DNA of 63,350 nt, counting the filler, from Octopus bimaculoides (lineage: Eukaryota), in the NCBI RefSeq assembly GCF_001194135.2. It is 5 parts of 4 records of this genome, joined end to end, with 100 filler letters (N's around TTAATTAATTAA, not from the genome) between each part and the next. Parts side by side here need not be neighbours in the genome. Positions count along the whole stretch, not along the records: positions 58,019 to 63,350 come from NC_068995.1; 4 more parts are not named here. One strand, written 5' to 3'. Positions 60,936 through 63,350 of this stretch are shown here, piece by piece (position 1 is the stretch's first letter; each line of letters begins with the position of its first letter). The position numbers were made by a program, and so were the translations under genes. Below the pieces are notes generated by a model. It searched no databases, was not told where the DNA came from, and was given only the letters and a program-made list of their open reading frames with translations.

Positions 60936-61289
60936 NNNNNNNNNNNNNNNNNCACACACACACACCACAAACATATATACATATGCATATATTTGCACAT
61001 ATATATACATCTGTTCGTTTATTATATATGTGTGTGAATGTATCTAGGTACGTTTATGTTTGTGCGTGAATACGTATATAACGAATGTGCGTACGTATGT
61101 GTGTGTTCGATTGTTTGCGAAACAGCTTGCAGATGGACAGCAATACAGCTGCTCAAGGGAAAGTGCTGGGGGGGGGGGAGATAGAGATTTAGCGAGATTT
61201 CTAACCTAAGTCTCAACAGATTGGTTCTGAATATTCTGATATATGCAATATAGAGATATATATACTATATATGCAGTTATATGTGTGTA

Positions 61290-61370
61290 AGTGTGTGTGC
61301 GTTGTGGCATTGTGTGTGCGTTGTGGCATTGTGTGTGTGTGTTGTGGCATTGTGTGTGTGTTGTGGCATT
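61290..61370. repeat. Minisatellite, 4 x ~19 bp (gtgtgcgttgtggcattgt)
   Basis: Direct reading. Confidence 0.85.
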
Positions 61371-61585
61371 GATTGCGGTCATAGTGAGGTGAAAGAAATT
61401 TGTTGTTAGAAAATGGTGACGGTTAGGATGATCGCTGGTGTTGGCTGTAGTGGATATAGTAAAAAAGCAATAGAATCATTTTCTTCCGTCAAAAGAATCC
61501 TTTATTTAATCTTAACTTCAAAGTTTCACACATATATACTGTTTAATAAGCACAGTATATACTTTTATGAGCTACTAAAAGTTTC

Positions 61586-61683
61586 ATGCGATGAAAACGA
61601 CTCAGACAGCATTTTATAACACATCTGGTCCCTTCACGCAATCCTCGGGCTATAAAATGCTGTTTGAGTCATTTTCATTGCAT
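61586..61683. repeat. 98-bp hairpin (33-bp arms, 32-nt spacer)
   Basis: atgcgatgaaaacgactcagacagcattttata / tataaaatgctgtttgagtcattttcattgcat; 3 mismatches. Confidence 0.85.
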
Positions 61684-62252
61684 CAATACTTATCTCTCAC
61701 CAAGATGGAGTATTTTCTTCCTTCTTTTTTTTTTTAATCTTACCTTCATGGACCAGTATTCTATATATTCAGCCGAACTGATACACTCTCTCAAACTGAA
61801 ATGTAAATACCCGCACTTAAAAACATATTATGCCACCTGAGGAGTCTTCTTTGCACTGTGCGCATCTGGTGTTATTGCTCCGTTCCACGCCCACTAGGGA
61901 ACAGTGCATAATGGAGACGAAACAATTGTCTTGATAACAAATTGCTTTTTGGTACACTCCGTTTTCTCTATTAATCTTTAATATATACCATACGTGCACC
62001 TAGGAATCACTGAGAGTTGATCCAACGATGAATGCAAAGTGTCGCTGATGACACCTGATAGCCATAAGTGGCAAACATAATCCGCGAACACACGATTTAC
62101 TCTGAAACAAGGTTTGGATACTGCGCTTAATGCAGTATCCGTTAACTTAATCCTTTAACTATAAAATCGATTACTTGGAATAAAAGTTCTCAAGTTTGTG
62201 GTGGTCCAGCATGTGCGCAGCCCAATGTCTGAAACAAGTAACATAAAAACAT

Positions 62253-62322
<70 letters not shown>

Positions 62323-62623
62323 NNNNNNNNNNNNNNNNNNNNNNNNNNNNNNNNNNNNNNNNNNNNNNNNNNNNNNNNNNNNNNNNNNNNNNNNNNNNNN
62401 NNNNNNNNNNNNNNNNNNNNNNNNNNNNNNNNNNNNNNNNNNNNNNNNNNNNNNNNNNNNNNNNNNNNNNNNNNNNNNNNNNNNNNNNNNNNNNNNNNNN
62501 NNNNNNNNNNNNNNNNNNNNNNNNNNNNNNNNNNNNNNNNNNNNNNNNNNNNNNNNNNNNNNNNNNNNNNNNNNNNNNNNNNNNNNNNNNNNNNNNNNNN
62601 NNNNNNNNNNNNNNNNNNNNNNN

Positions 62624-62668
<45 letters not shown>

Positions 62669-63042
62669 GTATATATATATTTCAGAATGAGATAAACGGA
62701 TACTGCATAACTGCACAATACCCCTTAGGTAATCCCAATAACCTTATAAATCTACATTTCAACTCTTAATCCCTATCTAATTCCTCACTCATGCTCGAAT
62801 ATCACAACCATCTAATTATAGTCGTGTGTATATGCGTACATGCATATGTGCGTGTATATGTGTGTGTGTGTGTGTATGCGTGTATGTATGAATGTATGTA
62901 TGTATGTATGCAAGGTATATATACCTGCATGTACAGGGGTGATAATACATACAGATACACGTATATACGGGTGTGCATGTGTACATATACATATGAGTAC
63001 GAGTTGTATATGCAGATATTGATATTCATAAAGATCTGTATA

Positions 63043-63076
<34 letters not shown>

Positions 63077-63179
63077 CATGTCTAATATATACATACATAT
63101 ACATCTTCACATATATATTTTCTTATACTACCAAGCACTGACCTGTCCAACCACCTAATCTATATTCCTAAATTCCATG

Positions 63180-63314
63180 CTACTACCCCAACCACATAGT
63201 TCCGAGTTTAGTCCCCACTGCGTGGTAATTCGGCCAAGTGTCTTTTACTATAGCCTCGGGCCGACTAAAGCCTTGAGAGTTGATTTGGTAGATGGAAACT
63301 GAAAGAAGCCTGTC

Positions 63315-63320
<6 letters not shown>
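63180..63320 (+). mobile_element. SINE family A, 5' part
   Basis: ccacatagttccgagtttagtccccactgcgtgg...caagtgtcttttactatagcctcgggccgactaaagcc...gaaactgaaagaagcctgtcg. Confidence 0.8.

Positions 63321-63350
<30 letters not shown>

Noticed and set aside
62045-62080. ctgatgacacctgata-gcc[ataagt]ggc-aaac, HHR-like
   Set aside because: It needs two separate core deletions and has no stem I/III support.
3699-62716. Long ORFs in the supplied track made of X, HT/CV/YI/MYV or poly-N/I/Y runs
   Set aside because: They are translations of N gaps and microsatellites.
1-63350. CRISPR arrays, rRNA or prokaryotic operons
   Set aside because: None seen; the repeats are eukaryotic microsatellites and transposons.

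Overview
Repeat-saturated, AT-rich, gap-ridden eukaryotic scaffold segment with no host protein-coding exon I can support. The tRNA-derived SINE families and the (CA)/(TA)/(TACA)/(AAT) microsatellite load look like an octopus or other cephalopod genome; this is an inference. Contents: (1) a Polinton/adintovirus- or densovirus-type PLA2 ORF with its own GC-box/TATA/Inr promoter, lying between inverted repeats that carry octamer and CCAAT motifs (about 760-1890); (2) Penelope-like element (PLE) remnants and at least ten hammerhead-ribozyme (HHR) or HHR-like motifs from several families; (3) three TSD-flanked, tail-out inverted insertions built from a tRNA-head + (AAT)n + HHR-tail unit, which looks like a Pol III SINE mobilised by Penelope machinery; (4) R4/Dong-type RLE retrotransposon ends sitting in (CATA)n repeats; (5) CR1-like and RTE LINE fragments, Tc1, mariner and maT transposon relics, several MITE/foldback elements (one carrying inverted telomeric TTAGGG arrays), and many SINE copies. 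All alignments were made by eye and no database searches were run.
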